64,000 nucleotides of DNA from Flectonema sp. DT1601 (taxonomy: Eukaryota): NCBI GenBank assembly GCA_964019425.1, contig OZ025800.1, positions 434,001 through 498,000 on the forward strand. The letters run 5' to 3'. A program made the translations under genes and the position numbers. Positions 11,256 to 23,335 of this stretch are shown in pieces. A model generated the notes under the pieces. The model ran no database searches and was not told the DNA's origin. It saw only the letters and a program-made list of their open reading frames with translations. Within the stretch, counting starts at the first letter, position 1, and every line of letters begins with the position of its first letter.

Positions 11256-13640
11256 TTACCACTGAGGCTGAACATAAGAAGTGGCAGTCGGGAGAACTGG
11301 GAGTGGATCGTCATGGCGGGGAACTGGAGCTTGTGGCGGGGGCTTCACAACAGGAAGTGTTGATAGCGATCTTGGCAGTGCAACAGGACCAGCATTGGCA
11401 AGTTTTGTTTCGCAACTTTGACAAATCCTGACCGCTGATTTCTGATAATTCGACAAGAACCGAGTTGCTGGAGAGCAGGAACTGCAAACTGCAGCACCAC
11501 ACTCCCGACAATGGTGTGTTGGATTCATTAGTTTCGAAAATTTTATACCACAGGTGCAGGTCTCGCTGGAAAACCATTTACCTTCAAGGAATCCAATACC
11601 AGGAGCAGGTGACACTTCAAGCGATACTCCAGCATGACCAGGGTCACTGAGAGCTTCCTGTGTTGCATCTGACAAGGTACCCAAAAGGTAATCCCTGTTA
11701 CTAGCTGTTGGAAATATCATTTTAATATCCTCACGAATGGAAGCGCACTCGCTCTTTGGTGTTGTTTTGTTACTGCTACGTCTCATCCACTCAGACCATG
11801 ATGTTGAGTTATCAGATCGCTGTGAAGAAAACTCTCTCGATTCTAAAACAGTCAAACCCAACAACGGCGTTTGCTCAATTGATAAAAACCTCCCCTCACC
11901 CTTTGTAAGGGAAGGCATTGGAAAGGAAAGTTCAGGATTGTTATTTAAGGTAATATCAGAAGCTCTTCCAAATGTAGACATGCTGCCCCCAGCAGGCAAT
12001 GTTTTTGATAAATCACCAATGGTCACAATTATACTCTCCTTAGTGTAATTTACAATTGCTGATAATGGAGCATTCTTGTCTTTTGGAGACGTTTCTTCCA
12101 CTTCTGGGAGCTCAACTTCGAAGCTTGGTCGTAACCCAACAGTGTGTTGAGTTATCTTGCTGTTTGGGTTCTCACGTTTTGCGACTCTGTCTCTGGCTTC
12201 ACAAGCGTTCGTGACCAGTCTTGTGTATTCAACCGAAATTTTCGACCAACCTTCCTGATCTTCAGGAGAGAGAGCTTTCAACACCTCAGGAGGTGGCACT
12301 GCTAACCCAAGAGTGGAGAGAGGCTCGTACGTCTGCACTAATTCCGGTGGTGCCTGAGAATGTGGAATAGTGTTTAAAGGAACATTGCTATTGGAGAGAA
12401 TATCAGCTATGGGAAAGTACACCTTTCCGACACCGTGATCTTTGACCAATCCGAGTAGGAATTCTGATTTATTACTTGATGACGATGCATCAGTTGGACA
12501 TGGATACTTTGGATCAACAGCAGGCAAGTAACGAAGAACTGCTAACGCTTTACTGTTAACACCGAGTGGTGAATCGGGCTGGATTAGTGTACCTGTGCAT
12601 AATCTTTTGGGGATTCCAGAAGGACCATTTAAAGTAACCGTCTGTGCGAACAGATAAGTTCCGATAGGAACAAATGTCGAACGCATTCCTTCAAAAGCAT
12701 CAACAATAGACTCAGCTTTAGGAAGTGCTCTCTTTGCTATCGCCAAGACGGTGCTGCTAATAACAAGTTGAGGAAGTTCCTCAACCAGCGATACTGCGCA
12801 TTCGCGGCTGAGGGCTAACAAACGTGGAACGATATCAAAATTACCAACAACATTTGTTATCTTCGGAATGTCATTTCCAAGCTTTGGCGCCAACGCTGGA
12901 AACCCACTCTTCACTGTACTGCACACTACCAACGGTGCTCCAAATGTAATTGCTTCTATGCAGCTTTTCTTCCTCTCCCATAAGGGAGAGCAAACAGTCT
13001 CAAGAACAGTCACAATCGAGTATGCACCTCCCAAAGAATGACCACATACAACAATGTTGTCACAACGGGTGCTGTTGCAAAGTTTTATTATCGCAGGAAG
13101 CTCGGGTTGAACACCTGAATAAAATCCCGCGTGAAGACGAGATCCACTCGGTGACATAACAGAAGAAATCGATCCGTCAAGTAGGAAATCTGTGGAGTTA
13201 TCAGATCCCTTAAATGAAATGTAAAGTGTGTTTCCCTGTTCAGCTGCTAGCCATTGGCACTTCTGAAAACCTCCGTCAGCGGTTTCTCCCTGAAGAACAC
13301 CTGCCACATACTTCATCTCATTTCCTTTCATTGAATAATTGTAGTAGGGTTTACAGCCGTGAAATTCTATTGGACTGCCTGACATCCAACTTGAAATTAT
13401 TTCTTTCGATTCATAAGTCAACATACTCATGCGAGCAGCTGATCGCATTGCGGAAAGCATGTTTGTATTACTACCTGTCTGGAAAGTGTTAATAATTTCA
13501 AAAAGATAAGTTTTGCTCCTGACAGAACAGAAAATAAAGGCTGTGTCTTGATGCCTTCTTTGAACATCCTCACCCGCACCATGTATTGAACCCTGAGGGG
13601 GATTACAAGAACTTAGATTCTGCAACACAAAGCTCACCAA
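11256..13640 (-). CDS. Class 3 lipase with C-terminal FYVE zinc finger (5' end uncertain, probably spliced)
   Basis: LYISFKGS, LHAGF, VCGHSLGG (GxSxG nucleophile), TFGAP, DIVP. C-terminal HHCRECGAAVCSSCS...VRICQSC matches FYVE. Confidence 0.85.
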   Translation of the reverse strand: MVSFVLQNLSSCNPPQGSIHGAGEDVQRRHQDTAFIFCSVRSKTYLFEIINTFQTGSNTNMLSAMRSAARMSMLTYESKEIISSWMSGSPIEFHGCKPYYNYSMKGNEMKYVAGVLQGETADGGFQKCQWLAAEQGNTLYISFKGSDNSTDFLLDGSISSVMSPSGSRLHAGFYSGVQPELPAIIKLCNSTRCDNIVVCGHSLGGAYSIVTVLETVCSPLWERKKSCIEAITFGAPLVVCSTVKSGFPALAPKLGNDIPKITNVVGNFDIVPRLLALSRECAVSLVEELPQLVISSTVLAIAKRALPKAESIVDAFEGMRSTFVPIGTYLFAQTVTLNGPSGIPKRLCTGTLIQPDSPLGVNSKALAVLRYLPAVDPKYPCPTDASSSSNKSEFLLGLVKDHGVGKVYFPIADILSNSNVPLNTIPHSQAPPELVQTYEPLSTLGLAVPPPEVLKALSPEDQEGWSKISVEYTRLVTNACEARDRVAKRENPNSKITQHTVGLRPSFEVELPEVEETSPKDKNAPLSAIVNYTKESIIVTIGDLSKTLPAGGSMSTFGRASDITLNNNPELSFPMPSLTKGEGRFLSIEQTPLLGLTVLESREFSSQRSDNSTSWSEWMRRSSNKTTPKSECASIREDIKMIFPTASNRDYLLGTLSDATQEALSDPGHAGVSLEVSPAPGIGFLEGKWFSSETCTCGIKFSKLMNPTHHCRECGAAVCSSCSPATRFLSNYQKSAVRICQSCETKLANAGPVALPRSLSTLPVVKPPPQAPVPRHDDPLPVLPTATSYVQPQW

Positions 13641-13892
13641 ATAATCTATTTCTATACAATTAGCAATGAATTAACGAAGATACCTCTGTGAGAAGAAGAC
13701 TCCCAGTAAAAATATTTCCGCAATCACATAACGACAACTTGATGTGTGTCAGCACCTGTGTTGGGATATTTATAAGCAAAACGCTCCGTGGTAAAGAACG
13801 TTTGCGACTACGTCGCCCTTATCTCAGTGGCTATGTTTCAGACACCTGAACAAAGTTGCAAAAAAAGGCTAGCTATCCAACGTCCCTCTGAA

Positions 13893-15272
13893 TCAGATCC
13901 TTCGTTGGTGGGTATTCCTCCCTACTGTGACAGCGGAGAGAAATTTTGATGTGGCTGCAGCACACCTACGTTCTGTTTCACGGGATTGCTCGTCAGCTGA
14001 GACGAGCTCAGCTTTTAACGAATTGCACGTCAAACAAAGAGATTTATAGTGATCTTCTAGTTCTTGTCTTCGTCTCTTCTCTCTGGTTAGTTTTGCATCG
14101 AGATCGCGAGATGCGAGTGAGACCAGATCTTCGGTAATTCGCATGTCCTCCTCTTCCCTCTTAGTCTGCAGACTGTGGTAGTCATCACGAAGTTGTTTAT
14201 TTTCTCTCATCGCTATTGTACGTCCGTCCTCAGATCTACGCAGAGACGCTTCCAACGTTTTGATCTTCGATTCGAGCTCGTAGATATCATTAGAATGTTG
14301 TCTGGCTGCTGTCTCCAGGTCTGGAAGTCGATTATTTTCAAACTGTAAATCAGACAGTGTTCGAGTCAAGTCTGCTAACTCCATCGTAAGTGATTTGCAC
14401 TTCGTACACGTTAGTTTCTTTCGTATGCAGGTATCACCAGGTTTTAGAGTAATCGAAATCCCATCGCTTGTTAACACAACCGTAGAATTTGAAGTCGCCT
14501 TCAGTACCGTGCAAGGGATCCAACCAGTGGCTGAGAAGACTTCTGCTAATTCATTTTGAGCAAATGTCTCTGGTGGTGGGTCTAAGGAACCTGGTTGTTC
14601 AACTGGGGAGATGTGTGTATGGGTTGTATTTATAACTTCAGGAGACGTCTTCCTTCCCAACACAAAACCAATCATGAGAGACACAATAGAAACCAGTCCC
14701 AGAACAAGTTCAAAACTCTCATACTCTGACGTGTCTACAACTTCCTGTAACTTTTCTTGTTCAGTAACTGCTGTGTGAAGCGCACCTCGCAGTTCTCCCG
14801 TTTCCCCCCGACAGGTTTCGACAACCACACGAAGGCCTTTTGATTCTTCAAGTGTCTTTCGGTAAGTTTCTTTAATTTCCTGAAGTTCTGTTGTTTGATT
14901 TTCATAATCTGAAACCTTTGCTAGTGACACGACTCCATACAAAAACACTCCCAACATCATTAATAATATGATTACTAATATTATTACTTGAAATCCTGAA
15001 ACTCGGAACCTACTTCCGATAAATGATGATCCGTTTCTATTTCTGGGTCGGGGTGGCGCGCCTATCACAGGAACTCTGTCTATTTCAGATTGTCTGCTTT
15101 CATCATCAAAAGCTAAGTGATGTCTTGCTGCTGACAATCCCGCGGATATCAATTTCGGAGTAGACCTAACCGATGAGTCCATTGCTTCACTTCCTCCCAT
15201 TGCCTGCTTCAGGGAGGCATCACTAGGTGGCGGGCAGGGTGGCAGCGGACCCCCTGGAACGCCCGCAGCCAT
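13893..15272 (-). CDS. Hypothetical membrane protein with two TM segments and coiled coils
   Basis: 459-aa ORF with hydrophobic stretches (VIILVIILLMMLGVFLYGVV; LVLGLVSIVSLMIGFVL) and a heptad-rich C-terminus. Confidence 0.75.
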   Translation of the reverse strand: MAAGVPGGPLPPCPPPSDASLKQAMGGSEAMDSSVRSTPKLISAGLSAARHHLAFDDESRQSEIDRVPVIGAPPRPRNRNGSSFIGSRFRVSGFQVIILVIILLMMLGVFLYGVVSLAKVSDYENQTTELQEIKETYRKTLEESKGLRVVVETCRGETGELRGALHTAVTEQEKLQEVVDTSEYESFELVLGLVSIVSLMIGFVLGRKTSPEVINTTHTHISPVEQPGSLDPPPETFAQNELAEVFSATGWIPCTVLKATSNSTVVLTSDGISITLKPGDTCIRKKLTCTKCKSLTMELADLTRTLSDLQFENNRLPDLETAARQHSNDIYELESKIKTLEASLRRSEDGRTIAMRENKQLRDDYHSLQTKREEEDMRITEDLVSLASRDLDAKLTREKRRRQELEDHYKSLCLTCNSLKAELVSADEQSRETERRCAAATSKFLSAVTVGRNTHQRRI

Positions 15273-15726
15273 CTCTATTGTTTAACTATTTTTGTTTTAA
15301 AAAAAATAATCTTAAATTAGAACCAAAAGATGATAATTTTATGGATTTTAATTTTGCTTTTTTATCTGTTTGAATAAAATAAGAAAAAGCTTTTTTTTTT
15401 GAAGGACAACAATCTTCATACGGTTTTTCTTTAAAAGGCTTGGAGGAAAAAAGAAAAAAAAAAAAAAAAAGATTATTCACAATATTATATAAGGAAAAAA
15501 CTTTACTAGATGAGAGGGTGAAATAAATCTGTGACGTTCAGTAATTGCTCAAAAAGGCAAATTCGTGTATTGACAGACGACAGCTAATTGAAGTTGAGTG
15601 TAATGAGGAATGCAGCACTCAGAAGAACTACTAGATAAAGTGACTACACATTAGATGTAGTAGTCCCTAATAAGGTGTAATTTCATAAGAAGAAACGAAT
15701 ACAAAAAAATAAAAAATAAGAAGTGA

Positions 15727-16171
15727 CTACATCCTTTTAACAAAAAAGAATTTTAAAATTTCATTGTGGTTTTGTTGAATAGCATCTGTGTCTTCCATTG
15801 TGATGGCGTTTGTATCTTTGAGGACCCATCCACCTTCTTCCTCGAGTGAGTCCAACAAACACAAACAAAGCATACTTTGCCCAAGTTGATCACAGAACAT
15901 TCCATTTAGTCGAATACACCAATGAGGAGGACTACTCTCGTGTACAAACTTTGGCGGTGCAGTTTTCGTTCCCTGTGCCGTTGAAGTGACTCTTGGAAAG
16001 CATGTATTCAGTTTTTCAACTGTTGCTTCCTGTTGTATTTTATTAACTTCCCCAACACGAAAGGTAAACCAGAATACTTAAATCAAACAACAATCATACC
16101 TTGATAGGTCCAACGATACGAATTGTCGGAGGATTAAATGTGAAGTTGACAATTAGATTTGGTCTGGACAT
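15727..16171 (-). CDS. Hypothetical 124-aa protein not in the ORF track; exons 16100-16171 and 15727-16029
   Basis: MSRPNLIVNFTFNPPTIRIVGPIK joins through a GTATGA...ACAACAG intron in frame to EATVEKLN...FFFVKRM-stop. Confidence 0.75.
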
Positions 16172-16827
16172 GTTTCTTTAAAAGGTTCGACGTGTAATTC
16201 CTGTTGAAGAGAAGCTATTAAAGAGAAGAAGAGCTGCCGTCTATTTTTAAGGTAAACAATCACATTGGTTTGCCTGACCTGAAGAGAAGAAGTAAACTGT
16301 TTTAGTGTAAGAACTCATAAAGGGTTGTCGATTGCCCGAAACCAATGTGAAGTCAAGTAGAGGAAATTTGAAAAAAAAAAAAAAATGAAAGGGAAAAAAC
16401 AAAAACGGGGGAAAATAAAATAAAGCAAATGATTAAAAATTACACTGACTTGTTGGGACTTTTTTCTTTTTTTTTTTTTTCCAGGCGGGGAGTGAGACCC
16501 TTTGATGAATACGGAATGCCTTCAAATCATAAATTGGTTTCCTATTTTTTTTTGAGTTGAAAAAAAAGTATTGTCGTAAAGTAACATACATATGAGACAC
16601 ATCTCATTTTATATGTGAAAAAGAGGCTGTCTTTTTAGACTAACTCCCTTACTGATATTGTTGTTACCCTTTTTCCATTTTTCTTTTTTCTGCAGTGGAC
16701 ACTAAGACACATATCGTGCCATTTTTTTTCTTTTTTTTTTGGGTTTTTTTTTGTGCTATACTACAACACCCCTCGTTGTTTTTATTCAGGGGGGAATTTT
16801 TAAAAAAAAAAAGAACTTTTGGGGACG

Positions 16828-17548
16828 CTATTTCGGACTGTGATCAACATGGCACAAGGATTTCACTGCATTTTTATGCTTTCTTGCTCATCTTAGAAAT
16901 TAATTTTGCAACCTTTTGGTACACGTCAGCCTTATCCTCGGGTACCTGTTATTTTTTTAATTAAGTTTTCGTTAATATCGAGTATTGTTATATTAAATGT
17001 CTAAATGTCAATAAGTGTTATTTAAAGGAATACCTTCTGCACGATTACCGAACTGGTTGGTCTCTTGGAGAGAGTTGCGGCTCCGAGATCGGCACGGGAT
17101 GGTACCCAGACGTAGTTAACCTGTTGGTGTTGTTTGTTAGAATATTCAAAGTATTCACAACAAGTGAAATGGATATAACATAATAATAACATACTCCCTT
17201 GTCTTGGCAGAGAACTGGCATGTGTGAGATGACGTCAAGTGGGGAGATGTCAGCGGCGAGGACTACGAGAGCATCCTTGTTTGCCTTCTCCTTACGGATG
17301 ATTTTAGTCACTTCCTTGATTCCACGTACCATGGTCTTTGCCTTGGTTGCGTGCTTCACTATAGACAAGACCTTCTTTGTCAAATTCTCGTGATCATTTG
17401 AGAATGGAACAGCAATTGGAACCTTGATACGAACGGTCTCTCCGCTCTCCTCAGTCTTCGGCTTCTTAACTTCTGGAGCGTCTTCTTCTCTTGGTCGCTT
17501 TTCCTTCTTTGACTTCTTCTCCTTCTTTTCCTTCTTATCCTTGCCCAT
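16828..17548 (-). CDS. NHP2: H/ACA snoRNP subunit NHP2 (L7Ae family), three exons
   Basis: RGIKEVTK, LVVLAADISPLDVISHMPVLC. After splicing it continues VNYVWVPSRADLGAATLSKRPTS and then VPEDKADVYQKV...SPK-stop. Confidence 0.88.
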
Positions 17549-18179
17549 TTTGACTGGTTTAGTTATCTATTAGTTGGTAACAAATATTATCAAATGTTTA
17601 ATTGTTGTCGTCTGTTTAAGGAATCCAACAGCAGGAAGTACTCTGAGTTAGCCCCAGTTCTTTATTGTTAATATTTCATTGTTTTTTTCTTTGTGGAAGG
17701 AACTCTTTCCAGAAAAGAAACAAAAAAAAAAAAAAAAAAAGCAGGGAAAGGGAAAAAAAAAAAGCAATATCACATTTTCTTAACTTGGCCCAAAGAACAA
17801 CAATGAAGTTACAATTTTTTTCTTTTTTACTTTTTCTTTTTCTTTTTTTTTTAATAATATTTTTGTTTTTCTTTGGCCAAACCCCCCTTAGAGTAATCCC
17901 AACAGACAGCAAAGGCTGGTATCGGTCATCTTTTAACTGTATCTGATATAGGATACACATAAGTGGGAATGAATGTTTTTTTCTTATATTGCAAAGCAGT
18001 TAGTTGCGGTCAGTGTGTCTAACAATCTGTCGAGTAGTTGAAAGTATTCTCAAAGAGGTCCTCAGAGTTAAATGAGAAAATAATTACAACTTTATTTATT
18101 TTATTTTATTTTATTTTATTTTATTTACGAAGCCTAGGAAGCCAAAAGCCACTTTAGAAATGAAAACACTTTATTGGAT

Positions 18180-18212
<33 letters not shown>

Positions 18213-18705
18213 GTTCAGTCAGCAGGACAGCATGCCGCATACTCTAACCGTTCAATGTTGTTCAGCAGGTTTAATGAAGTCATCCCCTGCCTTCGTAAAA
18301 TATTGAAAGTAAACAAACAAACACAATCATACTGCTGCTTAACAGATAAATAAAGCAGCGTCGCAGTGAGACTCTATCTCTCTAAACTTGGTATGGATGA
18401 TAATTTACCACAAGAAGATTACTGAAAATCAGTACCTGGGAGTACCAAACGTGGGTTTCTTCCAAAACCATTCAGATTAGCCTTATATTTCGTTGAACGC
18501 AGACAGAACTCTGTCGCACGGGGAAAATAAATCATGACCATAAGAAATATCGGCTTTCAATCTGAATAGTTTCTTCTCCGACAATGTCGGTACAAAAAAA
18601 AAAGGAAGGAAGGAAATTAAAAAATATATTTACAACAAAAGTCCTACAAAAAGTAACACAATACAAAACACTCGTATGGATGTATGTTGTTCAGTATAGT
18701 AGTTT

Positions 18706-18736
<31 letters not shown>

Positions 18737-19019
18737 CCCCACTTATTATGTACCACTTTTAATTTCTACAACGGATATAGCGATGCTTTTATCCAACTGT
18801 GATAGATAGCCGTCCCACATTATTTAATTTTTTTTTTTTCACAAAACATTCATGTAAGCCTAAGCATGTGGATACTGCCAGCCTTCAAAAGGGCTGACAG
18901 CCAACGACAATATTGTTGTTTGAATCCGTAGGAAGAAAAAAAAATGATTAATTTTTTACTGTTTTTTACGAATAACAAACTAAAATATTGACTAACCACA
19001 AGTGCCAATCTTCAAGAAG

Positions 19020-19052
<33 letters not shown>

Positions 19053-19760
19053 GTAAAAGGTTCAAGGGATATGTTGAGGCTAGTTTTTGTGGAAGAAAGA
19101 AATATAGAATGAAGGGAGAGAAACAAAAAGTGATAAAACATAAAAATTAGACTTCCCACATCAAATAAAAAAGAAGACTCTTGAGATAAACAAAAAGAAT
19201 TTTTTTCATTTACATGTGTCTTCTTATGTGCACAGCGGATTAGAAAATTGTGGTTTCGTATGATAGGGGAAAAGTGAAAAAAAAAGGTTTTAAAAAGATT
19301 TTTTAAAAAATTGACATCTTTTTTTAAAGTCCAAATATCAAACAGAGTGAAACTACGCACGCTATAAAAATGATCACTGCGTACATCGCACGCTACTTTT
19401 CAATTTTTTCTTCAAGCATCCAATAGAGAAGAAGCTCATGTGCAACACAAAGAGCGCACAAAAAAACTTCAATAATACTATTTTTTTTTTTTGTAAAAAA
19501 AAAAAAAAAGAACAAGAATAATTCCCTATATCATATTTTCTATGCAATAAGTGTCATAATATTGTATAACTCAGAGTTTCGCACAGGGAAGAACCAATTT
19601 TTTTTTTTTTTTTTATTCTGTTTTTTTACGAGACTGATGATACGGTTGCCATCTTTATATAAATATTTGTAAACAGTACAATCCGATTAGTACATCTCAC
19701 AGTGGTTAGGTAAGATGTCGTTTGGTAACCAGACTTGTACTTTTTAAAATAATAATATGA

Positions 19761-20273
19761 CTACAGTAAAACAAGAGAGCTCGCAGGAGCCGACTCAACA
19801 GCAGGCCTATGTAAAAACGGGTGCTCTCCAAAGGATTTGTATGCATCTGTTCCAGCAGCTAGAGAATTGCGTGCGATATCACAATCATTTTGAATGGCAG
19901 CAATTAGGTCATCAAGAGATTTGAACGGAGTCATTGCTCTGATATATCCAACAGCGATACCGGTTACAGTTTGTTCATAGAAATCTTTCTCATAAGGATG
20001 TAGAATGTGAATTTCAACAGTGACTTCTTTATTACCGTAATGAGGATTGTCACCGATGCTCATGGCCATTGGATAGATTTCACCTCCACCAACTCTTGCG
20101 TATCCATAGTACACTCCCTGGGTTAACTTTGATTTTATTTCTTTCGCATTGTCACTCACAAAGTCTAAATTAGCCGTTGGAAACCCCAACTCCTTAGAAC
20201 CTCTCTGAAATCCTTTAACAACTTTTCCTGATAAGTACAAAGGTGTTGACGAGTTGTCGGTAACAGTCGGCAT
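19761..20273 (-). CDS. RFK: Riboflavin kinase
   Basis: GKVVKGFQRGSKELGFPTANL, GVYYG, MSIGDNPHY, EIHIL, DLIAAIQND. Confidence 0.95.
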   Translation of the reverse strand: MPTVTDNSSTPLYLSGKVVKGFQRGSKELGFPTANLDFVSDNAKEIKSKLTQGVYYGYARVGGGEIYPMAMSIGDNPHYGNKEVTVEIHILHPYEKDFYEQTVTGIAVGYIRAMTPFKSLDDLIAAIQNDCDIARNSLAAGTDAYKSFGEHPFLHRPAVESAPASSLVLL

Positions 20274-20657
20274 TTTTATTTTATTTGTTTTTTGAGGGTT
20301 CTGAAGAAATGGAAATAGCTATCTACATGAGCAGTTTTATATTCGTTGAAATAATTTTTTTACCGACTGCTGGGAGAAACAATAACATTATAATACAAAA
20401 ATAGGAAATTACTTCACTACAATGTATTCATTACCGATGAAGTATTCTTCAATCTATTTTAGTTGTTGAGAAGCAGACAATTACCTTCTTAATCTTCTTT
20501 ATGTGATGACATTATGAGAATAATAGCATACGTCCACCTCTCTCATAAACGAAGATCATCAGTAGTGATTAACGTAGAATAGCCTCTCGATAAGGTGAGA
20601 GGAGAGAAAGTTTTTTTTGTTTTGTTTTGTTTGTGTATCAGCACATTAACGAGTTGC

Positions 20658-21908
20658 CTACAAAGTATCAATTAACAACACCTGAAAAGTTGCCAAACTC
20701 ATCAACAGCATGAGTGACGTTGCTTGATGAGCTACCGCAAGAGGGATTGGTGTTTCATTTATAAGTGTTGTAATCCCAAGAGAGACTTGCGTAACTGTCA
20801 GTATTTGAACAAGAAGAAGTGCCTTTCCAGCTGGAGTAGCAGTCAACGCTTTTAAAACCGCCGGGTTACGACATTTCAAAGATAGTAATGAGACCATTCC
20901 CAGTGAGGATATTGCCATACAGCGGTGAGTGAATTGCGCGAAAGTCGCATTCTCAAACAAATTACGCAGCGGAAACGACGCACATTTCTCCAGGAACAAT
21001 TCCTCAACAGGTGGAATGTATCCTTTCCCCATCTTTGGGAACTCACAATAAATCCATCCAGCATCTAATCCAGCAACAGCAGCACCAGTCATAGCTGTAC
21101 AGAATACCCATCCCAGAGTACTATGAACGAATGGAATAATTGGTCTAAAAGAGGGATTCATTTTCAGGTGTAAATTCCCAGCACGAACTCTAACAGCAGT
21201 TGTGTGAAGTCCCATCGCTAATATGAATGCAGTTCCTAAGTGAAGAGCTAATCTGTAAGGGCTAACAGTTGCCTTTGAACCATCTTCGAATCTTTTGTGT
21301 TGAAGACCTGACGATACCATGAGCCATCCAATTGCTCCTTGAAGACCTCCAAGGAATCCAAAGAAGAATAATCTCCTCCTTAGTCTCGGAGAAAATACTC
21401 GTGTGCGGGAAAAGTAGACGAGTGGAAGGAGGTAAACCGCACCGACAGTGCGTCCAAGAAATCTGTGAAACCATTCCCAAAAGAATATCGATTTGAAGTT
21501 CTCGAGTGTCATTTGTGAATTTTGTTGAAATTCTGGTGACGTTTGGTACTTCGCGAACTCTACTTCCCAATCAGCATCTGTTATCGGAGGAATTGTTCCT
21601 GTTATTGGTCTCCACTCGACGATGGAAAGCCCGCTTTCTGTAAGTCTCGTAATCCCACCAACAACAACAATACAAAATACCATTCCAGAACACGTCCACA
21701 GCCAGTAGCTCATCACTTTATCAGGTTTGTCGATTACAATGTTATGTTCCTCCTCACTGTTTGATTTCGTTGAAGTACTCTCCCATCGGACTTGTCTTCT
21801 TCCCATCGAAGTGAAACAACGACTCTGTGAATGTGCGACACCAGACGTTCTTATCGCCCTCATGCTATTGCGGGCACTCCGTGAGATTACAGAACGGAGA
21901 CTCATCAT
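20658..21908 (-). CDS. COX15: Heme A synthase COX15 with mitochondrial presequence
   Basis: VVVGGITRLTESGLSIVEW, FFWEWFHRFLGR, GAIGWLMVSSGL, VSPYRLALHL, VAGLDAG, QFTHR, AVAHQ. Confidence 0.96.
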   Translation of the reverse strand: MMSLRSVISRSARNSMRAIRTSGVAHSQSRCFTSMGRRQVRWESTSTKSNSEEEHNIVIDKPDKVMSYWLWTCSGMVFCIVVVGGITRLTESGLSIVEWRPITGTIPPITDADWEVEFAKYQTSPEFQQNSQMTLENFKSIFFWEWFHRFLGRTVGAVYLLPLVYFSRTRVFSPRLRRRLFFFGFLGGLQGAIGWLMVSSGLQHKRFEDGSKATVSPYRLALHLGTAFILAMGLHTTAVRVRAGNLHLKMNPSFRPIIPFVHSTLGWVFCTAMTGAAVAGLDAGWIYCEFPKMGKGYIPPVEELFLEKCASFPLRNLFENATFAQFTHRCMAISSLGMVSLLSLKCRNPAVLKALTATPAGKALLLVQILTVTQVSLGITTLINETPIPLAVAHQATSLMLLMSLATFQVLLIDTL

Positions 21909-22306
21909 ATCTGTGATCCCTATTTGTTTTTATCTTCTTTTGTGAACCTTTAAAACGAGTATTATATTACAAATAATAATAATCAACGAGAACTAATCAT
22001 CGCACAGAAGCCTTCCCAGCTACAACACTCCATTTCATTACAGTTCACAACCTGTTAATTAAATAAAGTTACACACTACTCGGTTATTGTTAACTCAAAG
22101 GACTTGAAAATTGTTAATTAGTTAAAGTTTTAAGAAGGGGAAAAGAAAAACCGAAGTGTGGGGGAAATGCAGCCTTTCTCAATATAACAAAATTTGACTC
22201 AGAACAGGTGTTTGTTACTACGTTAAACTTCCCAAATAGTACTGACGGATATTAATATGCGAAAGACACTTTAGGTTTGTGTAATTAATTTTCATCAAAA
22301 ACGACC

Positions 22307-23335
22307 TCACAAAGATTTTTTAAATATGAAAGCATGATTTCCATAATCAGGAAATGAAGAAGGTAATGATGGATACCATTTCCATCCTTTGTGACCAAGA
22401 AGAAGTCTCCAGTTTTCTTTCATCTTAGCAGGTGATGTTGGAGGTAGATCAAGGCAGTTCTTATAAGCAGAGAGTGAGAATGAAGATGGCTTAATACTTA
22501 GTACAGAATCTAGTATCTCAAGGCTTGATGTTTGTGTTGGACAACGAGGTACACAAATATTATTAAACCCATACGTAACAGCAATCACCCAAACAACTAA
22601 ATTAAATCCAATTGAAAAAAACGATATCGAACACGACAAACAAACAACAAACGGAATTATTTGAAATCCTTTATCATACAACAAAGGTGACATTAAACAA
22701 AATGCCAACACGCATCTAATTTCATTATAAACCATTGCTAAAGTATAGTATTTTGAATTTCTTTCAGCAACACAATTATTTATCCAAAATGAGTGATGGT
22801 CAAATCTATCAGTACACCTCCAACAGTAAGGACAATGTTGAGTATGGAGTCTAATTAATCTGCTGCACATGTTGCAAATGGTTTCACCTTTTTGTCTGTC
22901 AATTGTGAAGAGGGCATCAGATCTTGTATCAATACACTTTATATAACTAATTGCGAATAGAAGTGACGTTATTGAGTAAGTAGACCATTTTAATAAACAC
23001 CAAACTGCTGAGATGTTCATATTTAGTAGTAGTTCCCAACCAATTGAAAGACTGTCAGGAAATGTTTTTAATAAATCAGACATCGACGCAACACCATCAA
23101 CTTCAGCATAGTAACTCGGTACAGCAACTACCACGAGACAACAACAGTATTCTGTGATCAATGACAGGCATGTGATCACAACCGCAATTTGACCTTTTGA
23201 AGAACTAAATTCAACTGGAGCCAATCCACTCATGAACGACTCTCCAAACGTTCTCCATAATCCAAAACAAGCAGCTGGTGTTGTGACGATAATAACGACG
23301 AGAGATACCAATAAATTCACCAGCTCCAAATCCAT
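22307..23335 (-). CDS. DHHC-family palmitoyltransferase-like protein with a DHHS variant motif
   Basis: CNMC...HCPYCWRCTDRFDHHSFWINNCVAERN flanked by TM helices. Confidence 0.85.
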   Translation of the reverse strand: MDLELVNLLVSLVVIIVTTPAACFGLWRTFGESFMSGLAPVEFSSSKGQIAVVITCLSLITEYCCCLVVVAVPSYYAEVDGVASMSDLLKTFPDSLSIGWELLLNMNISAVWCLLKWSTYSITSLLFAISYIKCIDTRSDALFTIDRQKGETICNMCSRLIRLHTQHCPYCWRCTDRFDHHSFWINNCVAERNSKYYTLAMVYNEIRCVLAFCLMSPLLYDKGFQIIPFVVCLSCSISFFSIGFNLVVWVIAVTYGFNNICVPRCPTQTSSLEILDSVLSIKPSSFSLSAYKNCLDLPPTSPAKMKENWRLLLGHKGWKWYPSLPSSFPDYGNHAFIFKKSL

